Assembly: GCA_977017575.1 (NCBI GenBank)
Contig: CDRNVI010000084.1
Span: 44,019-108,018 of the forward strand
Direction: 5' to 3'
Source: Paramoeba atlantica
Taxonomy: Eukaryota > Protista > Discosea
Length of the DNA stretch: 64,000 nucleotides
In this document: positions 16,973 through 29,011 of the stretch, one piece after another
Layout of the letters: each line of letters opens with the position of its first letter
Position numbering within the stretch: the stretch's first letter is position 1
Notes under the pieces: generated by a model
The model's input: the letters and a program-made list of their open reading frames with translations, nothing else
The model's database searches: none
What the model was told of the DNA's origin: nothing
Translations under genes and position numbers: made by a program

Positions 16973-17359
16973 AAATTATTGAAAAACATAGCACGGGAAG
17001 AACACCTGGAAGCTCAGGCCGAGATTTTAAAATACTTAGAAAGTGAACATTTCAACAGTTTAGGCTGTGCAAAAGCTACACCGGTTTATCGAGGTGAGTC
17101 CAAATATCTGTCCCCATTTTTAGACGACTTAGTGGAAAGTGGAATCTTGAAACCCCTACCGCGCCGAAAAGCAAAAATCTGGATGTCAGCATTCCTAGTC
17201 CCGAAGCAGCGCAAACGAACCTTAAGGGCAATTCTGAATGCAATACCTCTGAATGACTTGCAGGAGATGGTGCCAGGGCCGTTAGATCTTCCAGGATTGT
17301 CCAACATTGAAGATATGATTAGGACTCATGCGTTTTTCTGTGAAACTGATGGAAAGTGA
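16973..17359 (+). pseudogene. Continuation of the family-A RT, truncated at motif A
   Basis: FLDDLVESGIL, AFLVPKQRKRTLRAILNAIPLN, FCETDGK then stop, followed by three tandem copies of TGTGAAACTGATG(G)AAA (17335-17401). Confidence 0.8.
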
Positions 17360-17398
17360 TGATTTCTGTGAAACTGATGAAAGATGTGAAACTGATGG

Positions 17399-18001
17399 AA
17401 AAATAGTCGGGATGATTGGACTGAAACTTTCATTGAAGCGATATATTACTAGGAAAATTGGTTTTAACATGGTTTACTTTCATTATGATGCAGGGGAGAG
17501 AAGACGTTGATTTCTAGAAGTATACGTTTAGAAATTTAGGATGATTGACATAATGGCCCTTCGGGGCACATAATATTTATATTATGATTTGTTTTTACAG
17601 ATTGTGGCCCCGAAAGGGGCACCCGTTCTTAGATGTAATGAGATTTATTATTTAGTAGTACTCGGGATGAAGTCATATATATTGTTTTTGTGTATAGCGA
17701 CACTCCTTCTTTTACCCTTTTCAAATTGCGCCCACCCACCAACCCCCAACCATTTCGCGGAGTTGGTGGACGGGATGCCCGTTCGTAAGTTTGAGGAGTT
17801 GTTGACTGGGTTTCTGTGATTGTTTTTATTATATTGGCCAGGTACCTTGATAATTCGTCAGATAGATATAGTTTATTGGAAACTAAAAATAGTCGGGATG
17901 ATTGGACTGAAACTTTCATTGAAGCGATATATTACTAGGAAAATTGGTTTTAACATGGTTTACTTTCATTATGATGCAGGGGAGAGAAGACGTTGATTTC
18001 T
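17399..18001. repeat. 117-bp direct repeat (17399-17515, 17885-18001); partial inverted copy at 46571-46639
   Basis: AAAAATAGTCGGGATGATTGG...AGAAGACGTTGATTTCT occurs twice. Confidence 0.9.
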
Positions 18002-18222
18002 GGTTTGTAACGGGGCGATTAAGTCGGCTTTCAGCGGGTCTACTAGGTATCTCGGGACCCGGGACTTCGGAGGACTTGCGTCCGTGATAGAACCCTTCGG
18101 AAGCATGTGAACTACTCCTCGAGAGAAGTCTTTTCGACACCATGTGGGGTTTTCGCCTTCGCCCATTTCGCGTAGCACCTCGCGCTCTGTGGTCAGGTAC
18201 GGATAAGGTAGCGTCTGTTGAG

Positions 18223-18260
18223 ATCTTTAACGATAAAGATACAGTTTCTGTACCTTGTTG
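18223..18260 (+). ncRNA. Spliced-leader (mini-exon) sequence copy heading an RTE-like element; not a complete SL RNA gene
   Basis: ATCTTTAACGATAAAGATACAGTTTCTGTACCTTGTTG contains the kinetoplastid SL core ACAGTTTCTGTAC and ends TTG; followed by T18, with no GT donor. Confidence 0.85.
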
Positions 18261-18469
18261 TTTTTTTTTTTTTTTTTTACACCTCTAACAATTTTCATGA
18301 CACATCACAGCACGGTAGACGCGTTTTCGTGAATGGGAAAAAGAGGAAAACGATCAACCGAGGGTGCAGACCGCCAGCTTAAACGTAGGAATGAAAATGT
18401 AACGCAAAAACAAAAAAAGAATGAAAATAACCCCTCGTTTTTGGCAAAAGCAAGCCCGAAGAACAAAGT

Positions 18470-19738
18470 GTGCTCGTGAACGACAAACTAAAAATTCAGG
18501 CGACTGAAAGGAATAGTTTCTGTTTAGGAACCTACAATGTACGCTCCTGGGGTGGCCGGTCGAATGATACATCAGATTGCTGGGTAACTAATGCGTCGAA
18601 CACTGCTAGGCTAGCAACGCAAGCGGACATCGACATACTTGGTGTTCAGGAATGTCGCATTCCCGGTGTCAACCGAATTCAAATCGTAACAGAGAATGGT
18701 CCTTGGACATTACTACATAGTGGTCACGGTACGAAGAAAAAGTTTATAAACGGCGTAGGACTACTTCTAAACAGACGTGCTACCAAAGCTATGATTGGGT
18801 ATCATGGGATAAACGAACGCATTATCTGTGCAAACTTTAGAATCCGCAATTCTAAAAACATGTTTATCGTTTGCACATACGCGCCGACAGAGGTTGCAGA
18901 ACCTATAAACAAAGATGAGTTTTATGAGTCACTGAATGAAGCAATGAAGTTTAAGCGTGCTGATGAAATACCGCACGTAATAGGTGATTTCAACGCCAGA
19001 ATTTGCTACCGCAATGCCTTATCTCCACAGGTAGGTCGCAATGCGATCGGAACAAGGACAACAAACAACGGATCAAGACTCGTCGATTTCTGTCGCACGC
19101 ACGGCTTAATCCTATTAAATACACATGCAATACCAAAGAACGATACAGAGCATAATAAGCCATACTCAGTCACATGGTATTCGAATACAAAAACAGACTG
19201 CGGCCAAATAGATTACATAGCTGTACCCTCTTTCGTAGTCGCGCGTAATACGGAAGTAGCACAAAACTTGGAATACGAAAGCGATCACCGCCTATTACGT
19301 ACCAGCTTGGCAGTCGAACCAGCACGTATCCAGACTGAGTGTAATAAGACGTACGTTATTAATCTTCAGGATGAGGAAATCCGACTAAAATATCAGCAAA
19401 AGCTTCATGAGAATCTTGAAAACAAAGTCCATGATTCCAACACAACGTTAAATCTTACCGCGATATGGGAGGAAATTACTGTTGCAATTCGCAACAGCGC
19501 GCAAGTATTAAACGCTGCACGAAAAAAGACGAAAATTTGGATGACTCCTCAAGTACATGAAATAATAACACGCCGAAAAAAAGCTTTTCAGGAAACACTA
19601 CACCAAGGATCCACAGATCAGGAAAGTATCGTTGCCAAGAATTACTACACGCAAATAAGATCTGAAGCTCAGAAAGTGTGTCGATCAGCAAAACGAAAAC
19701 ACTATAACACAGAAATAAATAGAAAACGCTGCCCGTAG
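18470..19738 (+). CDS. APE endonuclease part of the RTE-like polyprotein
   Basis: GTYNVRS, LGVQECR, GVGLLL, YAPT, GDFNARI, IDYI, SDH. Confidence 0.9.
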   Translation: MLVNDKLKIQATERNSFCLGTYNVRSWGGRSNDTSDCWVTNASNTARLATQADIDILGVQECRIPGVNRIQIVTENGPWTLLHSGHGTKKKFINGVGLLLNRRATKAMIGYHGINERIICANFRIRNSKNMFIVCTYAPTEVAEPINKDEFYESLNEAMKFKRADEIPHVIGDFNARICYRNALSPQVGRNAIGTRTTNNGSRLVDFCRTHGLILLNTHAIPKNDTEHNKPYSVTWYSNTKTDCGQIDYIAVPSFVVARNTEVAQNLEYESDHRLLRTSLAVEPARIQTECNKTYVINLQDEEIRLKYQQKLHENLENKVHDSNTTLNLTAIWEEITVAIRNSAQVLNAARKKTKIWMTPQVHEIITRRKKAFQETLHQGSTDQESIVAKNYYTQIRSEAQKVCRSAKRKHYNTEINRKRCP

Positions 19739-19739
19739 A

Positions 19740-21674
19740 CAAAAAGTAAAAGAACTTCACAGACAGGCAGATCTCATTGTAGCACGCGACACAATTGCAA
19801 GCAAGTACTGTCAGATCATCAATGATCAAAATGGGGACTCGACAATTGATGAGCAAGACATCGTTAATACGTTCGCTGCCCATTTCACACGTTTGCAGCA
19901 CTGCACGAAGTCTAACTTCAGCATAGAAAAAGTAAGAAAAGACCTAGAGTGTAATGAACTGCATTCAACAAGAAAACAAAACTTCATAAGAAACGAAGAC
20001 GAATCCTACAACGAACTACCGCCAAGCGTAGAAGAAACCCAAGAAGCAATAAAAAACTTAAAGAACGGGCGTGCTGCAGGACCAGACGAAGTGCAAGCTG
20101 AATTATTTAAGTATGGCGGCGCTGAACTGACGTTCCTCACAGCCAAAATAATGCAGGCCTGTTGGAACCAAAGATCGATACCACACAGCTGGCAACACTC
20201 TACGATAATATGTCTATATAAAGGAAAAGGTGCTGGGTCAATGCGAGACACAAACTCGTACAGAGGTATCTCCCTACTGACTCTAGGCAACAAAATTCTC
20301 ACAAACATAATTCACACCCGGCTTACAAACAGAATCGAAAGAAGTTTACTCGAAACACAAAATGCTTATAGAAGGAACAGGGGAACAACCGATGCCATAT
20401 TTTCACTGAGACGTCTCATCGAACTCCATAGAAATCAAACAAAACCGCTCTACATTGTATACGTGGATATCAAAAAAGCTTTCGACAGTTTGCCAAGGGA
20501 TGCAATCTGGGAAGTACTCCGAAATATCAACATAAAGGGCACACTACTCGAGATGATCCAGGTGCTGTATAAAAATACAACCGCTGATGTGAAGCTCGGA
20601 ACAACTACTAGCGTCACCTTCGAAACGACAACAGGCGTCAAACAGGGTTGTGCCATGAGCGGGACTCTGTTCATCGCGGTCTTCGATGCGATATTGAGAA
20701 CTTGCACTCGGGATCATAATTCAGGGATTACAGTCAAATGGAGGATTCCTAAGGGCAGAAAGTGCAGAGGCGACACAGTTGGTGGCACTGAAGGAGTAGG
20801 GCACCTGGCATACGCGGATGACCTCTGTATCTGCTCAAACGACATCAATAAGTTGAGAAACACATCTGCAGCCTTAGCAAGCACGCTAGAGTACTGGGGC
20901 CTAAGCATCAATATAAATAAAACAAAGATCCAAGTGCTTCAGCAAGAGAAGGTAGCACGCCCTGTCAGTATCATGATTAAAGGACAAGAACTAGAGCAAG
21001 TCAAAGTATTCATGTACTTAGGGTCCATCATTGAGGAAAATGGAGAGATCAACGCTACCATATCGCATAACATAAGGTCTGCCTGGTCGAAAATAAAGTA
21101 CTTGGACCGCCTATGGAACAACAGTACTTTATCACGCAACACGAAAACTAGATTCTTCAAAGCTTTTGTGATTCCACGGTTAACTTACGCATGTTCCACC
21201 TGGGCTGTAGACGAAAGACAGCTCAAATGGATCACTAAGGAGTATATGAAAATGGCAATGAAAGCTAGTGGAATATTCGCCACACAGCTCATCAAAGTCC
21301 AGAACGAATTACATGGCCCAGACGAGGAGGAGCACATATATCTATTAAAACGCAGAAGCCACGAAGAAATACTTTCTACTAGCAGACTACCACATATACG
21401 TGAAGTAATCGAAAAGCAAATACTGAGCTACGCAGGCCATGTAGCTAGGATGGGCCCCGAACGCCTACCAAACAAGTTACTTTTCGGAACCATCGATTCA
21501 GAGAAAAAATTAAAGAGAGATCCACCACATATCCGTACAATATATCGGTGTCTACATAAAACTGGTATATCGCCCGAAAACTGGAAACAAGCATCTCAGA
21601 ACCGTGCGCAGTGGAAAAAAGACATTGACGTAACAGCACAGCCCAATAGTTTAAGAAGACGCCGTGCAATATAA
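19740..21674 (+). CDS. RT part of the RTE-like polyprotein (frameshifted from the APE part)
   Basis: GRAAGPD, YRGISLL, YVDIKKAFDS, GVKQG, YADD, YLGS; RTE-type C-terminus YAGHVARM..RLPNKLLFG. Confidence 0.92.
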   Translation, partial: QKVKELHRQADLIVARDTIASKYCQIINDQNGDSTIDEQDIVNTFAAHFTRLQHCTKSNFSIEKVRKDLECNELHSTRKQNFIRNEDESYNELPPSVEETQEAIKNLKNGRAAGPDEVQAELFKYGGAELTFLTAKIMQACWNQRSIPHSWQHSTIICLYKGKGAGSMRDTNSYRGISLLTLGNKILTNIIHTRLTNRIERSLLETQNAYRRNRGTTDAIFSLRRLIELHRNQTKPLYIVYVDIKKAFDSLPRDAIWEVLRNINIKGTLLEMIQVLYKNTTADVKLGTTTSVTFETTTGVKQGCAMSGTLFIAVFDAILRTCTRDHNSGITVKWRIPKGRKCRGDTVGGTEGVGHLAYADDLCICSNDINKLRNTSAALASTLEYWGLSININKTKIQVLQQEKVARPVSIMIKGQELEQVKVFMYLGSIIEENGEINATISHNIRSAWSKIKYLDRLWNNSTLSRNTKTRFFKAFVIPRLTYACSTWAVDERQLKWITKEYMKMAMKASGIFATQLIKVQNELHGPDEEEHIYLLKRRSHEEILSTSRLPHIREVIEKQILSYAGHVARMGPERLPNKLLFGTIDSEKKLKRDPPHIRTIYRCLHKTGISPENWKQASQNRAQWKKDIDVTAQPNSLRRRRAI

Positions 21675-22643
21675 ACAGTGCCGAGTAACCCATAATTCAG
21701 AGGACTTACTCACGTTTTATAGAGTCTAACGAATATTGTAAAGTTCATGAATATTTCTGCTAAGGTGAGCCAACATACAAAGATATACGCATAACATGGG
21801 TGTGTCTGGTGATAATAAGACAAATCACTAAATAACTAAGTCACGATCCATCGGTGTTCTTAGTGCACGCCAATCAGTCGCTGACTCGATGACTTTTCTC
21901 GATCGGACTGAGCACAACAGATACCAAAGTGATCTTGGAAGGGGCGCACCAGCCTTCTCTGGTGAGGCCATATCCCTAGCTGGACAAACGGCCTGAAAAT
22001 AGAAATAGAAATAGCGTCTGTTGAGGGATATGCCGATGAGGAGTGTAATAAGGGGTGGGAAGGTGGTGAGAGTCGAATTTCTGAAGTCGAGAAACGGGAG
22101 TTCGTGGATGATCTTCGTCCATCGGGATGGGGGGTAGCATTGCTCCTGCCTCGCGTGGTTGTTGTTGTTGTTGGAATGCCTCGAGTGGTGTGGGGAGGGA
22201 TGGCGGGATTGATTCGCGAGGATCGGGAGTTGCTGAATGATCTTCCATCATCACGGGGGTTAACAAAGGTTCTTCCTCGCGTGACGTGGGGAGGGACGGC
22301 GGGATCGTGTTTGTTGGCTCGGGAAAACGTGATTCGAGAGGTGTCTGCAGCCGATGACTCACGCCTGTTGGTACGGGGAGTATTGGTGGGTCTGTACGAG
22401 GGGTTCGGCTGGGGGAGAGCGGAGTGGAAATTACTCGTATGTTTTTTACACAGCTTGAAAAGCTTAGGCGTCTGGGGAGGCTCGCCCTCTGCAGGATTCC
22501 CCACCGATCTTTTGGTGTTGAGCAATTCGATTGAGAAATCCACGCCGAGGGGCTCCCTGGAAACATATACACTGATAACATATATGAATAAATGAACAAC
22601 TATGAATAGCTCAATCGTAATTCAAAATGACACAACATATCAT

Positions 22644-23863
22644 TCATTCATTTCCCCCCACCGGAACCCTCGGCCAAATGGCTGGGGGCTCGGTGGGTGG
22701 GCACAAAACTTTAAACGTAACAAAATAACAACCTAACAAGAATATAACAAACGAGTAAACACCCCCCTCCATGCAATTAGAGAATACTACATCATAATTT
22801 GAGAAAATTATGTGCCCCGAAGGGCCAGCAGGCAAATATATAGCCGCCCCTCGGCTAAATTTCAAAACGTGAACTATTAGTGACCACTCCCATCGTTTGA
22901 TCGACGGATAGAATTGAGCTGGTCCGTTCGTCGGTCTTACCTCTTTCCTCAATGACTCGGGAGTACTTTCCTGCTGTATTTGAATGCTTCCCGTCTCCAC
23001 GATAGTTTCGAGCGGCAGGAGTGTCTCTTCGGCTGGTGTGAATCCTCTTTTCTCTGCCGACAGGGTAGTTCTTGGCTCGTCGAGATCTGGCTTTTCTTCT
23101 ATCCGGGATGTCGTGGCTTGATTGTGACCAATTTCCCGGGTCTGCGTCGTAGGATGCTCGAAAGGCACGGCTACGTATTGTCCTAGTTTTTGAGACACCT
23201 CTAATCCCGCTATCGCTCTTGGGTCTAGAAACGAGCCGAGATACGCCCGCAGGGAAGCTTCGGAAACGTGCCGAGTCAGTTGCTGTATCGCTACTGCATC
23301 TTCCCCAGCCGCCGCGAGATGCTGGAGCGCGCCGCGTCTGATGGAGTACAAGGTGTGTTTTTCTTTTAGAAGAGGGTGACGAGTAACAACTGGGATTTTT
23401 CTCAATCGCTGATCGATTTGGTGTAGCTTCACCCCGGGGAATAATTGCTGTTCGTTTGCCTCTCGTCTCCGCCATATCTGCTTCACCACAAGGTCGCTCC
23501 AAAATGCCGGAACGTACATTCTTACACAACGCGGACTTAAGCGTTCCGTGGTCGTGGTGTTTTTGCACATTTGGTACATCCATATACTTAATTGCAATTC
23601 GTGGTTGTTCTCCATCATCGCTATATCGCATACTTTCTGGTTTATCAGGTCTCCTGGTCGCTGGCCCGAAAGCCAGTAGATTATCAGGAATGTTTTTTCC
23701 TCGTCGCAGAGCCCCGGTCCGGCGAGGAAACTCTTCAAACCGGCTAGATCCATGGGACACGCTCTTATTGCTGGACTCGCCCTCCGGTGCATCGCTCCTT
23801 TGAGGGCTTCTGTTTTCTTTAATGGGAGCGGCGATCCTCGCAAAGCGTATTCGTTCCCCAAAC
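22644..23863 (-). pseudogene. Family-A paralog (element B): catalytic part of the YR
   Basis: RRASPAI, WLSGQRPGDL, YSIRRGALQHLAA, TRHVSEASLRAYLGS match 7555-9738. Confidence 0.88.
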
Positions 23864-24006
23864 AACAACAACAACAACAAAGACACTGATACATATGTAT
23901 CAGCTGGGGGGTTTACAATTTACACCATAAACATAAAAACTTCTCCATGTAAACTCACATAAAATTTACGTGCAAAGAGTCCATCTGCAGCCAAGAACTC
24001 GTGCAT

Positions 24007-24277
24007 GATTGATTGATTGATTTTTAGGCAATCTATCTCCGAGGAGATGTTACCTCCCTAGGACAAGCCCCCCCTTATCGCTTGCTAGGAGCTGTGCCAC
24101 GCAGCACGCAAGTCAAATCCGAAGATTTGACCAGATCGAGCGCGAGCAGCCAGCTTATCTTTTTTAACCCCTTTTATATACTACAAGAAAATATTCTTTA
24201 TGAAAAAAACACTTCTTTTGAAGTGAAAAACACAACACACTCCAAAGATTATGCTGAATGACAGAAAGATTATGCTG
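24007..24277 (-). mobile_element. 271-bp SINE-like or 5'-truncated LINE insert with (AATC)n tail and 14-bp TSD
   Basis: AAGAACTCGTGCAT at 23993-24006 and 24278-24291; (GATT)4 from 24007. Confidence 0.8.
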
Positions 24278-24582
24278 AAGAACTCGTGCATCCTCATTAC
24301 TTTCTTATGAGAATGGCCCTATAGGGCGAAAATGTCCTCCAACTCACCTCCCATACACTTGGCCACCTTATCTGCTGGCGAAACACAACTAAAACAAATA
24401 ATAACGTATAACTACAATTTATAAATATATATATAAATATATGAACAACCCTTCGTCTCACAACCCCCTCTTCAACTGCTGAAACAGACCAATTGATCGC
24501 ATTATTGAATATAAAATAAAAGTAAAAATAAGTAGACAAAATAAATAAAATGATACTCCATTCAACTTTTGGGCTTCCAAAA

Positions 24583-25420
24583 TCACGTTTTAGAAGAAGA
24601 GCTCCCCCCCTTTCGAGTTCTCTTGCACTCCTCTTCACAATTAGCTCGCTTTCTTTGTGGATGCTTTCTGGCTAAAGTTACCTCTGCTAATCCTGGTGAA
24701 TATGTATTCGTACTCCTCTTTCCATCAGTTTTTCGTGCCTTTTGGTTGCTGTGCGTATTCGCATTTTCACGCTTGTTCTTGGATCTTGATCGTTTCCCCT
24801 TTTCATTTATCAGGTTACCTTTATTTTTCGTGCTTATAGAGTGCGTAGGAGACATTTCGATAGGTGTGTGCGCAAACTCTGGTAATTTCGTATTTTTGTT
24901 TTTGTTCTTTTTCACATTGTTTTGAATTTCGTTACCTTTCCTCTTTTGATTGGTCACGATATCAAAACCGCGGTAAGTAAAGGAAGGGTTTTCGTCTTGA
25001 TGTGCGCAAGCTCGTTTAGCGAGCCAGTCTGAGGTTGCGTTGTGCGGGTTTCCTTCATGCCCTCTGGTTTTGATGCAATATACATTGCTATTTTGTTCGA
25101 TCTTAGAACACAAAAGTTGTATCTTCTTGAGTAGTTGTGCGCTCTGGAATAATTGAAACCCAACTATGCAAAATCGATGCCTTATAATGTGGAAGAATTC
25201 CCATACGTATTTTGATTCTGTGTGTAATACAATGTCCTGCCCATAATGTGCCGCAAGATTCAGTGCCTCATATACGGCATAGAGCTCTACCGCAGTTATG
25301 GTGAGCTCAATATCCGTTGGAGGTCGTACTCCCATTAAGGACCTCAATACCATCCCCCCACCACACGATTCCGCATCCAGAAGTAACTTTCGATTTCGTT
25401 GTTTTAAGAGAGCCATCAGT
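24583..25420 (-). pseudogene. RNase H domain plus basic tail (frameshift near 25350)
   Basis: MYTDGS..GCGIVW; AVELYAV; HTES; RGHEGNPHNATSDWLAK. Confidence 0.8.
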
Positions 25421-28247
25421 ATACATGTGTACGGCTGGAGAAATATTTGGGAATGGCAATGCGCCTTCTTCGACGAATTGTAGTGATTTATATTGACTCT
25501 CTTTTCGTGCAACCATTGCTCGTTTTTCCCATGATTTTGCTTCGATGGGTACATAATCAGGGCGTGGTTCGATCCGATTTCGTAGTCGATCAACGCTTGA
25601 CCTCCATAAGGCGCGGTCCCGAGACGAATGTATGACTTCTTCTATTGAAAGATTTAAATCTTTTGCGCATAATTCAGAGATCGAAGGATATGATGATTTG
25701 TCTTGCACGCGCCACAGAATGGCTAGGCTAAACGGCGATTCATGTCGAACAAGATGGCCAATAAGTTGAGCACGTTGTATTTTTGATGTTGTGCTGAGTT
25801 TCAAGTCATCTTGAGAAAGAGATTCAAGACGAATGCACTTTCCCGTTTTCCATCTTTTCCCTACTCCGCATACCCATCTTCGCATTTTGCTGACTTGTAC
25901 GTCCAATTCGCTCATTTGATTCGATGAAATATTCCACGTGCCGCAGTTATAATTAATAACAGGCATAACAAGTGTTCGAAATATTTTTAACCGACTTGCG
26001 ACTTGAATGGGTGAGTTCCATATCGCATGAAGTTTATGCATTGTGGCCCTTCCTAGACGAATGCGTTCTTGTGGGGCTACATGACGATTTTCATTCTCTT
26101 GTGTACTTCCAAGATATTTATATTTGTATACTCGGGGGATTTCTCCAACACTTGGGACTAGAAGGGGAGCTGTCATGTCATCAATTTTTCCTAGAACCAT
26201 CCATGCGGTCTTGTTTTTGCCCAGATTTACCTGAAGGTTTGCCCTCTTTGCATACTTGCACAGGTTTTCTAGCATTTCGGAGAGTTCAGACATAGAAGAA
26301 GCGAAGAGAACTACGTCATCTGCATATGCCACATCAGAAATTCGGAGGTGCTTTTCGCCGCGACTCTTCGTCCCGGTGGAATAAGCAATGACACCCAACC
26401 CCTTCGCGTCAATGGCCTCTGCCATAATCCTGTCGAGGACCATAATAAAGAGATATGGCGCGAGCACATCCCCTTGTAGAGTACCATTTTCAATAGAAAA
26501 CGATTCGGTGTCATATGAGTTTACGATATGAAATTTAGGATACTATAACTAATTTTTTCGCCATAGGAAAAAGCTAGTAAACTGTATTGAAATAAACTGT
26601 ATCTTAAGACCCTTAAGATCACTTTTTGTATTAAGATCACTTTTTTTTTGTGTCACCATGAGGCGTCCTCACATAAGATTTCAGGCCTTCATACATGCTC
26701 ATAATAACTTTAGTAATATTTTCCGGTATGTGGAATGCTCTCAGCGCATCTCGTATTGCAGAGAAAGTAACGGAAGGAAATGCCTGCTTAAAGTCAACAA
26801 ACGCTACCGCAACACCTTCTCCCCTCGAAGCTTTAGTAGCTATTTCCACGAAAGTTGCCTGTGCGCCGGTAGTGGATCGGTGCGGGCGAAATCCAAACTG
26901 ATTTGAGCGAAGCATATTCTCAACGGCTGGTTGTATACGCTCTAGTACCATCCGGTTCATTACCTTTACCACATGGTTTACAATGCATATCGGTCTCCAA
27001 TTTATAAGATCATTGAGATTCCCTTTCTTTGGAAGTGACTCTTGCAGAATCATCTTCCATTTATCCGCCGCGGCACCGGTACACATTACTTCATTTATTA
27101 TGTTCAAGAGCATGCCAAGTGCTTCTTCGCTCTGAGCCAATGTAGAGAGAGCCTCAATAGGAATGTTGTCGGAGCCTGAAGCTTTTCCAGATTTGACTTT
27201 TTGCAGAGAAATTCTGAGCTCCTTTAGGGTAAATTCCGTATCCTCAATACCAATTAAGCTTTTATTACAGTTAGGGAAGTTTACCGGTTCGGAAATTTGA
27301 TTTAATTGGTTACCTATCGCCTGAAAATGTCCTCTCACTCTGCACATACTGTCTCGAACATTTTCACCAAACATGGAGAATACTTTTCGATTTTCCCCTA
27401 CAATATAGCGAATTGCTTGATACGCGCTTTTTGGACATTTATATAGCTTTTCTTGGATCACTTCACATTCTTCTTTCACGCATTCTTCAATCATTTTTCC
27501 GTGTTCTCGAGCAAAGGTATCGAAAGTCCTTCGATTTCGAGCAATTTGTACAATAGTTTTCATATCAAGGGAATGCGAGTCAGTTTCCGAGTCAGGAGCT
27601 TTTCCAATATTGGCAATTTTCCTGGGTAATTTCTCTGCGGCGGAGTTGACTGCGGACGATAGCTTATCCCATAAAGCGGGGCCAATTGACCCTTCTCGTG
27701 ACCGTTTATTTCCCCCCTGAATTGACTCCTCCACATTTTTCACGAATGTATCACATATGGTTTCGTTTCTCAAGGATCCCCAAAACGGTTGTAACTTACC
27801 AGGTTTGCATGCCACTCTCCATTTTATATTTAATCCTGCTATTACTGCACAGTGTCTCGTAGGTATGGGAGCCAAAAGCACCTTCTGATACCGAAATGCT
27901 GAGCTGAAACGGGAATTTATTATGATATGATCAAGCTGTTTTGTTAGACCATCAGGGTGTTTCGGCGTAGGTGGAAACCTATAAGTCCACTTTCTTTCTG
28001 TGCTGCAACATTGATGAGCCGATTTAGATCCAAGGGTTACCAAAAATTTGCGAAATTCTTGCGCTCTTTCCGAACAACATTTTCTGCCATTTGGATCTTG
28101 CAAAGGTGCGTTCATGTCTCCGCATATTATCTTTAGCGAACATTGTGAATCATGCCAATCATCAAATAGCTCCTCATCAAACGATTCTTGCTTCTCTTTC
28201 TTTGCACCAGCCGTCGGGGAGTAAACATTAAATATACACGCCTTCAT
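25307..28247 (-). pseudogene. APE C-terminal half and RT, interrupted by a short insert at 26514-26649
   Basis: VYSPT, GDMNA, LDHI; KASGSDNIP, WRPI, QFGFR, VDFKQAF; LQGDVLAP, YADD, YLGS, IGHLVRH. Confidence 0.9.
26508..26655. other. AT-rich 136-bp insertion in RT flanked by GTGTCA direct repeats
   Basis: GTGTCA at 26508-26513 and 26650-26655; removal restores PHGDT-ESFSIENGTLQGD. Confidence 0.75.
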
Positions 28248-29011
28248 CTTTCCAATATGCCTTTCATAATGCGATCATTGATCTTTTCAACACCCATGGG
28301 TTGCAGACTCAGCATTGCCATTCCGTTATAGCCCTTTATTGCACTCATAATATATATATTAACACTAATGCCAACCAGATAGAGCCTACGATGAATGATC
28401 GGTTCCTCGCTCTTGAACGATAGTCGCGTTTCCTGCAAGGCCATTATTGTTACGCCGTAACTTCGCATGAACTCTACAGCTTGATGCAAACGGAAACATT
28501 TACGTAGAGCAAACTCGTCTGTGGTTTTACACTTTAAAGTATCTACATTCATGGTGCTTACTGCAAACCCCTCTCTCATAGCTTTGATCTTGGGTCTCTG
28601 CTCTCGGTAGCCACGCCGAAAGCAGGATTTGCGTTTCCGATTACGTTTGCGCAAAGATTTTGGAAGCAGTCCAACTCTGCCGCCTAGCACATGGATACGA
28701 TCATCTCTCGGAGGAAACGGGAGAAGGCGCCCATTCATCAAGTCGTACTTGACGAGCCAACCAGACCCATCAAGCGATGAGTGAACCACCCCTTCCCAGA
28801 GTGTAATACGTTCGTTATAAGCCATACACCAAACAACAGCCACGCGTTTTCCCACAGCCAAAACCTTTGACATCTGTAAAAGGGCCCGCTGCCGGAGTTT
28901 TGTCCCAACCCCCCTCTGCTGTGGAGGCAGAAAAAGGTTGCCCCGACCACACCTGGCCGTCCGAAGTTTGCCACAGAGTTCCAACACACTTTCGAACGGT
29001 CCGGAGGCCTC
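28244..29011 (-). pseudogene. N-terminal domain plus APE N-terminal half of the 23864-29047 element
   Basis: STMNVDTL, ALQETRL; preceded by a W/G/Y/FPP beta-rich segment. Confidence 0.75.

Larger units (their letters stand above)
6586..17359 (+). mobile_element. YR retrotransposon family A (gag-like, YR, RT), interrupted by element D at 9936-16972 and truncated in RT
   Basis: ORF order matches VIPER/TATE. The RT frame reads across the D insertion (..LDV|KLLKN..). A diverged paralog lies at 22644-30236 on the minus strand. Confidence 0.8.
18223..21674 (+). mobile_element. RTE-like non-LTR retrotransposon (APE + RT), one frameshift near 19715
   Basis: See the two ORF entries; the 3' boundary and TSD were not found. 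Confidence 0.88.

Noticed and set aside
18223-18280. Functional SL RNA gene (any of the five SL copies)
   Set aside because: None has the GT donor or a shared intron after the exon; the downstream sequences differ.
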